Shown here in pieces: positions 28,830 to 36,713 of a stretch of DNA of 57,149 nucleotides. Source of the DNA: an uncultured Spirochaetaceae bacterium (GTDB taxonomy: Bacteria; Spirochaetota; Spirochaetia; Sphaerochaetales; Sphaerochaetaceae). The stretch's first letter is position 1, and the number at the start of each line of letters is the position of its first letter. The stretch spans positions 1 to 57,149 of the forward strand of contig CALXXO010000001.1 in NCBI GenBank assembly GCA_944392705.1, written 5' to 3'. Under the pieces are notes generated by a model, which was not told the DNA's origin, searched no databases, and saw only the letters and a list, made by a program, of their open reading frames with translations. The position numbers and the translations under genes are program-made.

Positions 28830-29891
28830 TTACTGATTCAGACCATCATAATGGTTTGCGCTGACCCACTCATCGAGTCCATCTGCGCTATCGCAGACAA
28901 CGAGCTCTCCAGAAACGATTCTCTGATGGATATCTGCAATTGCTTCTGCGATATAATCAGGAATCTCAACTTCGGAACCCTCGTTTGAATATCCTACAGA
29001 ACCTTCCTTGAGACCTGTGATGATGTAACCAGGCTCCCATGTGCCATCGATGACGGATACGACTTCAGCGTAGACCATCTCGTTTACATTTCTGATTGAT
29101 GTAGCTGCAATGACGGATGGCTGGATGTGGTTCTGGTTGCCGCCAACTCCGAATGCATAGAAATTATTCTCAAGAGCCGCATTAAAAAGGCCAAGCCCTG
29201 ATGCGCCTGCGATATGCTGTACGAAATCAGCACCTCTGTTGTTCATCGAGATACCGATTTCCCTTCCCATTGCAGGATCATTGAATGAACCGATTACAGC
29301 TTCGATGACTTCAACATCTGGGTTTACATACTTTGCTCCAGCTTCGAAACCGACAACGCCCATGCGGAGAACAGGTGAATCAACACCAAGGATAACACCT
29401 ACAACGTTCTCATCGTTTGCGAATGGCATATCGGAAAGCGTACCAAGACCTGCATATACACCGCAGAGGAATGTCTGCTCCTGCCAGCTTGTTGCGATTG
29501 CCCTTACATTAGGCAGATTGAGCTCGCTCGCATCTATGATAGAGAACTTCTGATCAGGATAGTCAGGTGTAACTTCGCTGAATGAATCACACATATCGGA
29601 ACCGATTCCGATGATCAGGTCATACATACCGCTATCTGCAAACTGTCTGAGAGCTGGCTCGAAGTCACTGACTGTCTCTGGCTCATAGTAATCAAAGGAA
29701 ATACCATAGTCCTCTACAGCCTGCTGCAGACCTGCATAAGCCATATCATTGAAGTTCTGGTCGCCAAGTCCTCCGGTCGAAAGACAGATTGCAATTCTTA
29801 CCTGTCCGTCGTCAGCACTCTCTCCTGCGCCACCTGCATAAAGAGAGAAAACCATCATAAAGGAAATCAAAACTACTAACCAACGTTTCAT
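28830..29891 (-). CDS. BMP-family (PnrA/Med-like) ABC substrate-binding protein
   Basis: 353-aa ORF with signal peptide MKRWLVVLISFMMVFSLYAGG and no lipobox Cys. It has BMP-like GGLGDQNFND and FGVGGNQN segments and is the first gene of the operon. Confidence 0.8.
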   Translation of the reverse strand: MKRWLVVLISFMMVFSLYAGGAGESADDGQVRIAICLSTGGLGDQNFNDMAYAGLQQAVEDYGISFDYYEPETVSDFEPALRQFADSGMYDLIIGIGSDMCDSFSEVTPDYPDQKFSIIDASELNLPNVRAIATSWQEQTFLCGVYAGLGTLSDMPFANDENVVGVILGVDSPVLRMGVVGFEAGAKYVNPDVEVIEAVIGSFNDPAMGREIGISMNNRGADFVQHIAGASGLGLFNAALENNFYAFGVGGNQNHIQPSVIAATSIRNVNEMVYAEVVSVIDGTWEPGYIITGLKEGSVGYSNEGSEVEIPDYIAEAIADIHQRIVSGELVVCDSADGLDEWVSANHYDGLNQ

Positions 29892-29949
29892 TCGGAACCT
29901 CCAATATTTTCAAGCTCTTAAACTTTACGGTATAATCAGGAATAAAGAA

Positions 29950-29963
29950 GTGTCATTTGGCAC
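29950..29963. promoter_or_regulatory. imperfect 14-bp dyad GTGTCATTTGGCAC in the divergent promoter region
   Basis: 5 of 7 positions are symmetric per half-site. It lies 13 nt downstream of a TATAAT hexamer (29931-29936) and 23 nt upstream of the Crp-family gene start. Confidence 0.25.
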
Positions 29964-29985
29964 TTTTTAGTAAAAAAGGGGATAT

Positions 29986-30639
29986 ATGCTGGATATTCAA
30001 AGAATAATAAACTCATTTCCTCCTTCAATAAAGGCAAAACTACGGCCTTTTTACTTCAAAAAAGGTGAGATAATCATAAGGAAAGGAGATAATGTAGATT
30101 TCGGTTATTTCGTAATAGACGGCACTTTCGACACTATCGAGGATAGTATCGATGGGAAGAAATTCCTAATAGCGAAGGACCAATCCGAGTTCATCTGCAT
30201 GATGGATATATTCTCCGAGAACAATGTCCAATGTGCGACAATCATCGCAAGAACTGATTGTGTTGGCTACAAGCTTTCAAAAAAAGCGTGCATGGACCTG
30301 CTCGATTCACCTTGTCTTTTCCAGCCTAGCCTTATCAGAGCCTGGGCAAGGAAGTTCTACGAAACAACAACCACAATATACCGCTACCCTATTTACCGGA
30401 CAAAGACGAAACTGATTACCAATGTGCTTCACAATGGAGTTGATAACAATAATGGAACAACCACGCTCTCCATACCGCGCGACAGGCTTGCAGATACCAT
30501 CGGCTGCTCGCGGCGAACGCTCTTCAGAGTGCTTCAGTCACTCAAGGAAGATGGCTTGATAACAACGGCGGGCAGCAAGATCACAGTCGACAAAGAAAAA
30601 GCCCTGCAATTCATCACAAAAGCAGATATGGATGATTGA
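29986..30639 (+). CDS. Crp/Fnr-family transcriptional regulator
   Basis: N-terminal cNMP-binding-like beta-roll (GEIIIRKGDNVDFGYFVIDG) and C-terminal HTH (RDRLADTIGCSRRTLFRVLQSLKEDGLI). Confidence 0.8.
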   Translation: MLDIQRIINSFPPSIKAKLRPFYFKKGEIIIRKGDNVDFGYFVIDGTFDTIEDSIDGKKFLIAKDQSEFICMMDIFSENNVQCATIIARTDCVGYKLSKKACMDLLDSPCLFQPSLIRAWARKFYETTTTIYRYPIYRTKTKLITNVLHNGVDNNNGTTTLSIPRDRLADTIGCSRRTLFRVLQSLKEDGLITTAGSKITVDKEKALQFITKADMDD

Positions 30640-30674
30640 AAATATGTATAATAGGAGCCACTAAGGAGCATCCT

Positions 30675-31874
30675 ATGATAAAAACCACACTGATTTCATC
30701 TAAACTGGATATCGAGAGGGCTCAGGTAAGCGCTGGGAAATTCAGGGAGGAAATAAATGCCTCGCTGAACGGAGAAGAACTTGTATTTGTTCCAAAAGAA
30801 GAAATAAAGGACGATCTATGCAAATTCATATTCGTTGCATCCGGAGGATCTGAGCCGGAGTTCCTCAAAATACTAAAGGAAACAAAAGGGCCATTCATAC
30901 TTATCACTACCCAGGGGGACAACTCCCTTCCTGCAGCTATGGAAATCCTGAGCTACATCAACGACAAAGGTGAACATGGAGAGATTCTGCATGGAACTGC
31001 CGCAGCAATTGCCGCTAAGATTCTCTCAATCCACAGATGCTTTTCAGTCATATCGAAGCTGGATGGGTATCATGCTGGAGTTCTTGGTTCGCCCAATATG
31101 CTGATCAACAGCGAATATGATACAAAAGAGCTCGAAAGGACAAGCGGAATAAAGACCACATATCTCTCAATGGACGAAGTTTGCAAAGAGATAGACAAGA
31201 AGACTTACGAACCTGACAAGTATACAGAGGAACTCATAAATACCGGTTACAACAGGAATGAACTGGAGAAGGCCTTCTGGATTTATGGTGCAGTCTGCCG
31301 CCTTATTGATAAATATGGCTTCAATGCAATTTCTCTCAGATGCTTCGACCTCCTTGAGCCTTATAAAGCATCTGGCTGCCTTGCGCTTGCTATCCTTAAC
31401 AGCCGTGGAATTCCCGCCTCGTGCGAAGGTGATACCAGAAGCCTTCTGTCGATGATTGTGATTAACACTCTCACTGGAGAACCATGCTTCATGGCAAATC
31501 CTAGCCGTATAGATATGGAGAAGAAGGAAATCGTACTTGCTCACTGCACTCTACCGTTATCAATGGTCGGAAAATATACGCTTAATACGCATTTTGAGAG
31601 CGGAATAAGTGTTGCAGTCAAAGGTGAATTCTCCCCGGGAAGCTACACTCTCTTCAAGTGCAGGGAGGATATGAAGACATACTTTGTCCAGAAAGCTGAG
31701 TTTGTTGAGAATCTCTCTGAATGCAACCTCTGCAGGACACAGATAAAGCTCAAGGTTGATGATGTCGAAAGCTATATGACACATCCTCTGTCAAACCATC
31801 AGGTCCTTGTGCGCGGCAACTGGGTCGAGGAAGTCAAGGAACTTTTCAGATGGTATGAAGTAAGGAACAGCTAA
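30675..31874 (+). CDS. L-fucose/L-arabinose isomerase-like family protein
   Basis: The ATG at 30675 is preceded by aaggag; the track TTG start was rejected. The central/C-terminal pattern (SLRCFDLL, PASCEGDTRSLL, LAHCTLP, NHQVLVRGNW) resembles FucI-like sugar isomerases. The assignment comes from motif memory only. Confidence 0.5.
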   Translation: MIKTTLISSKLDIERAQVSAGKFREEINASLNGEELVFVPKEEIKDDLCKFIFVASGGSEPEFLKILKETKGPFILITTQGDNSLPAAMEILSYINDKGEHGEILHGTAAAIAAKILSIHRCFSVISKLDGYHAGVLGSPNMLINSEYDTKELERTSGIKTTYLSMDEVCKEIDKKTYEPDKYTEELINTGYNRNELEKAFWIYGAVCRLIDKYGFNAISLRCFDLLEPYKASGCLALAILNSRGIPASCEGDTRSLLSMIVINTLTGEPCFMANPSRIDMEKKEIVLAHCTLPLSMVGKYTLNTHFESGISVAVKGEFSPGSYTLFKCREDMKTYFVQKAEFVENLSECNLCRTQIKLKVDDVESYMTHPLSNHQVLVRGNWVEEVKELFRWYEVRNS

Positions 31875-31957
31875 TATGCGGGATAGCTGCGGAGAGTAGC
31901 TTTTCCGCAACTGTATTCTATTGACCAAAAGCGGCGGATTATGGTTCACCTTCATCT

Positions 31958-33298
31958 ATGAAAGCCCTAGATTTATCAGAAGGATCGATACCTAAGACAT
32001 TATTCCGATTCGCCCTTCCCTTCCTTCTTGCCAATATACTTCAGTCCCTTTATGGAGCGGTAGACCTTTTTGTCGTCGGGAAATTCTGTTCTGCAGAGAG
32101 CGTAGCTGCTGTTTCAACAGGTACACAGGTTACACAGATTGTCACGAGTCTCGTAACAGGGTTAACTCTTGGCTCTACTATTGTAATAGGGAGCTATATG
32201 GGCGAGAAGAATTATGAAAAAGTGAAGAAGACAATCGGTACAACACTTACAGTCTTCACAATAACTGCCCTTGTCATAACAGCGCTGATGCTGGTTTTCA
32301 ACAGCTCAATCCTGAATCTCCTGCATACCCCAGAAGAATCATTTGATCTAACAATGGTCTATGTAACCATATGCACACTGGGAAATATATTCATATGCCT
32401 GTACAATGCCATCTCTGCAATCCTTCGCGGTTATGGAGACTCAACGCGACCGATGATTTTCGTCGGGATAGCCTGCTGTCTGAATATAATCCTTGACTTC
32501 CTCTTCACAGGCTTTATGGGAATGGGAGTCGCAGGCGTTGCTCTTGCCACTGTGATATCCCAGGCCGTGAGCATGGTGATATCTATAGTCTATCTAAAAA
32601 AGAAGAATTTCATCTTCGATTTCGCTCTACCCTCCTTCCGTCCAGACAGGGAAATAACAAAGAAGCTTGGAAGCGTGGGAATCCCGATTTCATTTCAGGA
32701 ACTTGCAGTAAGAATATCTTTTCTCTATCTGACGATGATGATGAACAGCGCTGGAGTATATGGAGCTGCCGTTGTGGGAGTCGGTGCCAAATACGATGTA
32801 TTTGCAATGCTCAGTGCAACATCCATGGCAAATACCCTTTCCGCAATAACAGCGCAGAATTTCGGCAGAGGTAAGCCTGGAAGAGCCAGAACATCGCTTT
32901 GGCTTGCACTATCATTCGCGCTTTTCGTCTCCTTCCTATTCTGGCTCTGGGCACAGATATCTCCGGAAACGATGATTGGCGTATTTACAAAAGATCCGAA
33001 TGTAATAAAGGCTGGAATTCCATATTTCCGAACGGCAAGCTATGACTATATGATGACAGCCTTGGTATTCACTCTAAATGGCTATCTCAACGGCAGGCAG
33101 AAAACTGTATGGACAATGATTAGCTGTACAGCTGGTGCACTTCTTCTGAGAATACCTATGGTATGGTTCTTTGGAGAAAGATTCGGATCCGATCTTGGGA
33201 AACTCGGAATCATAGCACCTACAGTCTCTGGTATCATGGCACTATATACATTGATATATGTAATCTGGGAAGGGAGGAAAAAGAAAGCATCTTCGTAG
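31958..33298 (+). CDS. MATE-family efflux transporter (paralog 3)
   Basis: 446-aa 12-TM ORF with N-terminus GSIPKTLFRFALPFLLANILQSLYGAVDLFVVG. Confidence 0.85.
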   Translation: MKALDLSEGSIPKTLFRFALPFLLANILQSLYGAVDLFVVGKFCSAESVAAVSTGTQVTQIVTSLVTGLTLGSTIVIGSYMGEKNYEKVKKTIGTTLTVFTITALVITALMLVFNSSILNLLHTPEESFDLTMVYVTICTLGNIFICLYNAISAILRGYGDSTRPMIFVGIACCLNIILDFLFTGFMGMGVAGVALATVISQAVSMVISIVYLKKKNFIFDFALPSFRPDREITKKLGSVGIPISFQELAVRISFLYLTMMMNSAGVYGAAVVGVGAKYDVFAMLSATSMANTLSAITAQNFGRGKPGRARTSLWLALSFALFVSFLFWLWAQISPETMIGVFTKDPNVIKAGIPYFRTASYDYMMTALVFTLNGYLNGRQKTVWTMISCTAGALLLRIPMVWFFGERFGSDLGKLGIIAPTVSGIMALYTLIYVIWEGRKKKASS

Positions 33299-33473
33299 AT
33301 TCCCGGAAAGGAATATTGACCACACCCTCCTTCGATGTAAGAATATCAGTCGAAATGTTTGCTATACGGAAAGAGACATAACAGATTCAAATTCATCGGT
33401 CATTTGCCCCGCTCTTCATAGGAGGGGGTATTAGATAATAACCACATAACATTTTACATTGCAGCCTGTAGAG

Positions 33474-33502
33474 CCCCGGATTTTTGCACGCCGGGGTTTT
33501 TT
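33474..33502 (+). terminator. rho-independent terminator
   Basis: CCCCGG-atttttgcacg-CCGGGG followed by TTTTTT. It lies 175 nt after the MATE stop. Confidence 0.7.
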
Positions 33503-33522
33503 CTGTCTGTAGGGAGGTCTGT

Positions 33523-34392
33523 ATGAAGAAAGGCATCGTGGTCCTTCTTTCGGTTCTGGTGGTTCTCGCTATCGTACCATCATGCACAAACTATGTACCG
33601 CTTATTCCTGGTGTAACATTCCCCTACCCAGATGGTTCCGGAAAGGATGAGCCTGTAATCGACAATCCAACGGCGGAAGTTACTGTCAAAGAAGATTCAA
33701 TGGATTTCATGGCTGAATTTATTAAAACTATGACAGCTCCGGGAAATGATATAACAGCTTCCGATGAAGACTATATTAGCCTTGGGAAAGTATCTGAACC
33801 TGTATCTTCCGTACAGTTCGGAGATATTTCATCCAATCAGCTTAATGTTGATCTTCTTAACAGCTATTACTACAGAGGTTCAACTTACAAAGTAGAAAAC
33901 GGAGAGCTTTTTGCAAATAAACTTGCTATGGCATATGCCGCTGCAGCGGGCGAGAAGGTAGTTGTCAATGGTGAGACAGTGTATGATTTTTCTGGCAATC
34001 ATTCAGGAAAAGAATATACAGGATACAAAGGGCAATGGGCAGAAGATGCGAATAAAGAAACCTGCAAATATACACAGAATGGAAATGTATTCGATGTAAC
34101 AGTCGGAGACACTACAAAACCATTCTATTCTCACTTCGGACAGAAGAATGGAGATATAATCATTGCATCTGCATCATTCAATGGAGCTGCACCTAAGCTT
34201 ATTGTTGGCAAAGGTTCTGACAATCTTGTTGATGGGAATAATGTAAACTATTTCTACTGGGATACGGACAATCTCGCAACAGAGGATAATCTTGAAGTAG
34301 TATATAACGCATATGTATTCGATGGCACCTCTGGCAGCTATCTTGGCCATGCCGAGATGCTATTCAATGTGGAGCCGTATAGAGGAAACTGA
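33523..34392 (+). CDS. lipoprotein, function unknown
   Basis: The ATG at 33523 is preceded by gggagg. The signal peptide with lipobox is MKKGIVVLLSVLVVLAIVPSC. The mature N-terminus is CTNYVPLIPGVTFPYPDGSG. Confidence 0.7.
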   Translation: MKKGIVVLLSVLVVLAIVPSCTNYVPLIPGVTFPYPDGSGKDEPVIDNPTAEVTVKEDSMDFMAEFIKTMTAPGNDITASDEDYISLGKVSEPVSSVQFGDISSNQLNVDLLNSYYYRGSTYKVENGELFANKLAMAYAAAAGEKVVVNGETVYDFSGNHSGKEYTGYKGQWAEDANKETCKYTQNGNVFDVTVGDTTKPFYSHFGQKNGDIIIASASFNGAAPKLIVGKGSDNLVDGNNVNYFYWDTDNLATEDNLEVVYNAYVFDGTSGSYLGHAEMLFNVEPYRGN

Positions 34393-34406
34393 TTGGATAT
34401 CAAGTG

Positions 34407-34440
34407 ACGGATGGCTTTAACGGCCATCCGTTCTTCTTTT
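34407..34440 (+). terminator. rho-independent terminator
   Basis: ACGGATGGC-tttaacg-GCCATCCGT followed by TCTTCTTTT. Confidence 0.7.
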
Positions 34441-34452
34441 CATTACAATGCT

Positions 34453-34713
34453 TTACTTTTCCGAATCAGGGAGCACTACTTCTACACGTATAGGCTGGGA
34501 GGTATTGCTTTCAGACATAGGTTCAGTAAGAGCGACTGCAACTGCTGTTATTTCTGTAATCACTCTTCCATCAACAACTTCTATCGTATAATTCGGAAAT
34601 GTAACGAACGACGCTCCAACCTCTTTCGCTTCATCTATAAGCTCAGCAATCGCATTTGAAAGGGAAACGAAATATGGATCATCCATATAGTATTCATCTA
34701 CATCGAAATACAT
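34453..34713 (-). CDS. small acidic hypothetical protein (86 aa)
   Basis: The ORF has only a weak SD and I recognise no family. The composition looks protein-like. Confidence 0.35.
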   Translation of the reverse strand: MYFDVDEYYMDDPYFVSLSNAIAELIDEAKEVGASFVTFPNYTIEVVDGRVITEITAVAVALTEPMSESNTSQPIRVEVVLPDSEK

Positions 34714-35009
34714 TCTCTGATTTGATTGGAATTGCTGCTGGTCTCGGATTAAATGGAACCTATCAGAAAGATAGTGTTACATATAGCGGAAGCATAATAT
34801 CTGTTTCTGAATTTGATTTATGTATGTACGGAAGGATAACTGCAGATTTTACTCTTCTTGATTCATTAAGAATAAACGCAGGCTTGGCAATGGGGGGTCC
34901 AATTTATGTACTTGCATCTGCATCTATGGCAGGACAATCAGAATCAATGAATCTGCATATGGGCGGATTCTTCTTCGCTCCATTTGTTGGTGTATCATAT
35001 ATTTATTGA
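34656..35009 (+). pseudogene. possible C-terminal fragment of an outer-membrane beta-barrel protein
   Basis: The translation shows alternating-hydrophobic beta-strand patterns and Gly-rich turns (IGIAAGLGLNGTY, RINAGLAMGG, GGFFFAPFVGVSYIY) and ends in an aromatic residue. It has no signal peptide and no convincing start, and it overlaps the opposite-strand ORF. Confidence 0.3.
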
Positions 35010-35048
35010 GATTCTACTAATCATTGTCATAGCAGATTTTCTTACAAT

Positions 35049-35102
35049 ATCTCCATCATTTTCATTCGTATCTCACTCATATACCCATAAAATGATGGAG
35101 AT
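35049..35102. repeat. perfect 14-bp inverted repeat with a 26-nt spacer
   Basis: ATCTCCATCATTTT (35049-35062) and AAAATGATGGAGAT (35089-35102) are exact reverse complements. Confidence 0.8.
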
Positions 35103-35309
35103 TCCAATTCCTGTATTATGTTCAAGAATCTTATTCCAAAGCCCCATCATTAATATTGACGATTGCCACTTTGCTTTAATATCATAGAAATTAATTCAAA
35201 ACGCACAGTAAAGTGCAAAGGAAAAAAATAGCAAGTGGACGATGGCCCTGGCAGTAAAATGAAAATGGAAGAACCGGAAGTGCCTCCGCACTTATCGAGA
35301 TTCATTCCG

Positions 35310-35369
35310 AAGCTCCTCCTCTGATTGCATCCTGCAATTCCAGAGAAAAACAAAGAAATAAAGGAGCTT
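35310..35369 (+). promoter_or_regulatory. candidate SD-sequestering stem-loop in the CNNM gene leader
   Basis: AAGCTCCT (35310-35317) is the exact complement of AGGAGCTT (35362-35369), which contains the RBS 6 nt before the ATG. An inner hairpin CTCTG-ATTGCA-tcc-TGCAAT-tc-CAGAG lies at 35319-35345. Confidence 0.4.
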
Positions 35370-35374
35370 AAACA

Positions 35375-36712
35375 ATGTCGTTAGCACAACAGATACTGCT
35401 ACAGATTATTCTCATAATGATAAATGCATTCTTCGCAGCAACGGAGATTGCCGTCATTTCGCTAAATACTACAAAACTGAAGAAACTGGCAGAGGATGGG
35501 GATAAATACGCACCACGCCTTCTCAAAATGGCGGAAAATCCATCCGGGTTCCTGTCAACAATCCAGATTGGTATAACACTCGCAGGATTCTTAGGCTCAG
35601 CTTTTGCTGCAGACAACCTTGCAATATACATCAAACCTCTCTTCACCAACCTTGGATTGCCAGACGGAATTTCAGGAACGATATCGGTTATTATAATTAC
35701 CCTCATAATCTCTTTCTTCACCCTAATCTTCGGAGAGCTTGTACCGAAGAGAATTGCACAGCAGAAAGCATTCGCTGTCGCTAAATTCTCTTCAGGCGTC
35801 ATTACAATCACGGCAAAAATCATGAAACCGGTAGTATGGCTTCTCTCTGCGACAACAAACCTCATGCTCCACATATTCCGCATCAAGGAAGATGGAGATA
35901 AGGATGCCGTCACAGAAGATGATATAAAGCTGATGGTCGATGCCGGCGGAGAATCGGGTTCAATCGAGGAAGATGAACAGGAATGGATTCAGAATGTCTT
36001 TGAATTCAACGACATAAATGTCAGCGAAATCATGACAAGGGAGCCTGATGTTGTATCCTTCCAGGTTGATACACCGGAAAATGAAATCCTCGACACAATC
36101 AAGGATTCAGGTCTTTCAAGGTTCCCTGTCTATGAGGAAGATATCAACGATATCCTAGGAATTCTCAACGCCCGCGACTTCCTGATCAATCTCAGCTCAG
36201 AGCACAAGGATATAAGAGAGCTTCTGAGACCAGCTTACATGGTTCCTGACTCAATCCATGCAGATAAGCTCTTTTCCGATATGCAGGAGAAGAAGACCCA
36301 TATCGCAATTGTCGTTGATGAATATGGACAGACTGTCGGTATAGTCACCCTCGAAGACCTGCTTGAGGAAATCGTAGGAAACATCTACGACGAATTCGAC
36401 CCTCAGGAAGAGACTGAAATCCAGAAAATCGGCGATAACGAATGGAAGGTAAGCGGTTCCCTCAGCCTTAGCGATTTCTCCGATGAAACGGGAATAGAGC
36501 TTGAGGAGAATGAGGATTATGACACTATAGGTGGAATGGTACTCTCAACGCTCTCCCAGATTCCTGAGGATGGAACTACGCTCGACGTCACAATAAATGG
36601 TCTCGATATCCACGTAACAAAGATCGAAGACAGGAGAATCGAAGAAGCCATTGTGAAGAAAGCAGAACCACCTGCAGAAGAACCGGAGAAGAAAAACGAA
36701 GAGGAAGAGTAA
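35375..36712 (+). CDS. CNNM/CorC-TlyC-family protein (DUF21 TM domain, CBS pair, CorC_HlyC domain)
   Basis: 445-aa ORF. It has an N-terminal 4-TM DUF21-like region (FFAATEIAVISL), a central CBS pair, the C-terminal pattern typical of this family and an acidic tail. Confidence 0.85.
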   Translation: MSLAQQILLQIILIMINAFFAATEIAVISLNTTKLKKLAEDGDKYAPRLLKMAENPSGFLSTIQIGITLAGFLGSAFAADNLAIYIKPLFTNLGLPDGISGTISVIIITLIISFFTLIFGELVPKRIAQQKAFAVAKFSSGVITITAKIMKPVVWLLSATTNLMLHIFRIKEDGDKDAVTEDDIKLMVDAGGESGSIEEDEQEWIQNVFEFNDINVSEIMTREPDVVSFQVDTPENEILDTIKDSGLSRFPVYEEDINDILGILNARDFLINLSSEHKDIRELLRPAYMVPDSIHADKLFSDMQEKKTHIAIVVDEYGQTVGIVTLEDLLEEIVGNIYDEFDPQEETEIQKIGDNEWKVSGSLSLSDFSDETGIELEENEDYDTIGGMVLSTLSQIPEDGTTLDVTINGLDIHVTKIEDRRIEEAIVKKAEPPAEEPEKKNEEEE

Positions 36713-36713
36713 T

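Noticed and set aside
30636-30674. TTG start for the isomerase-like gene overlapping the Crp gene stop
   Set aside because: The ATG at 30675 has a canonical AAGGAG RBS at the proper spacing.
34984-35187. 67-aa hydrophobic plus-strand ORF in the AT-rich spacer
   Set aside because: It has a non-ATG start, no RBS and spans the 14-bp inverted repeat, so it is probably a chance ORF in AT-rich DNA.
35010-35374. M-box or yybP-ykoY riboswitch upstream of the CNNM gene
   Set aside because: I could not find the consensus elements I remember (for example GGUGAGGCUCC for M-box). It is reported only as an unclassified structured leader.
35368-35913. 181-aa minus-strand ORF
   Set aside because: It is antisense to the N-terminal DUF21 region of the CNNM gene.
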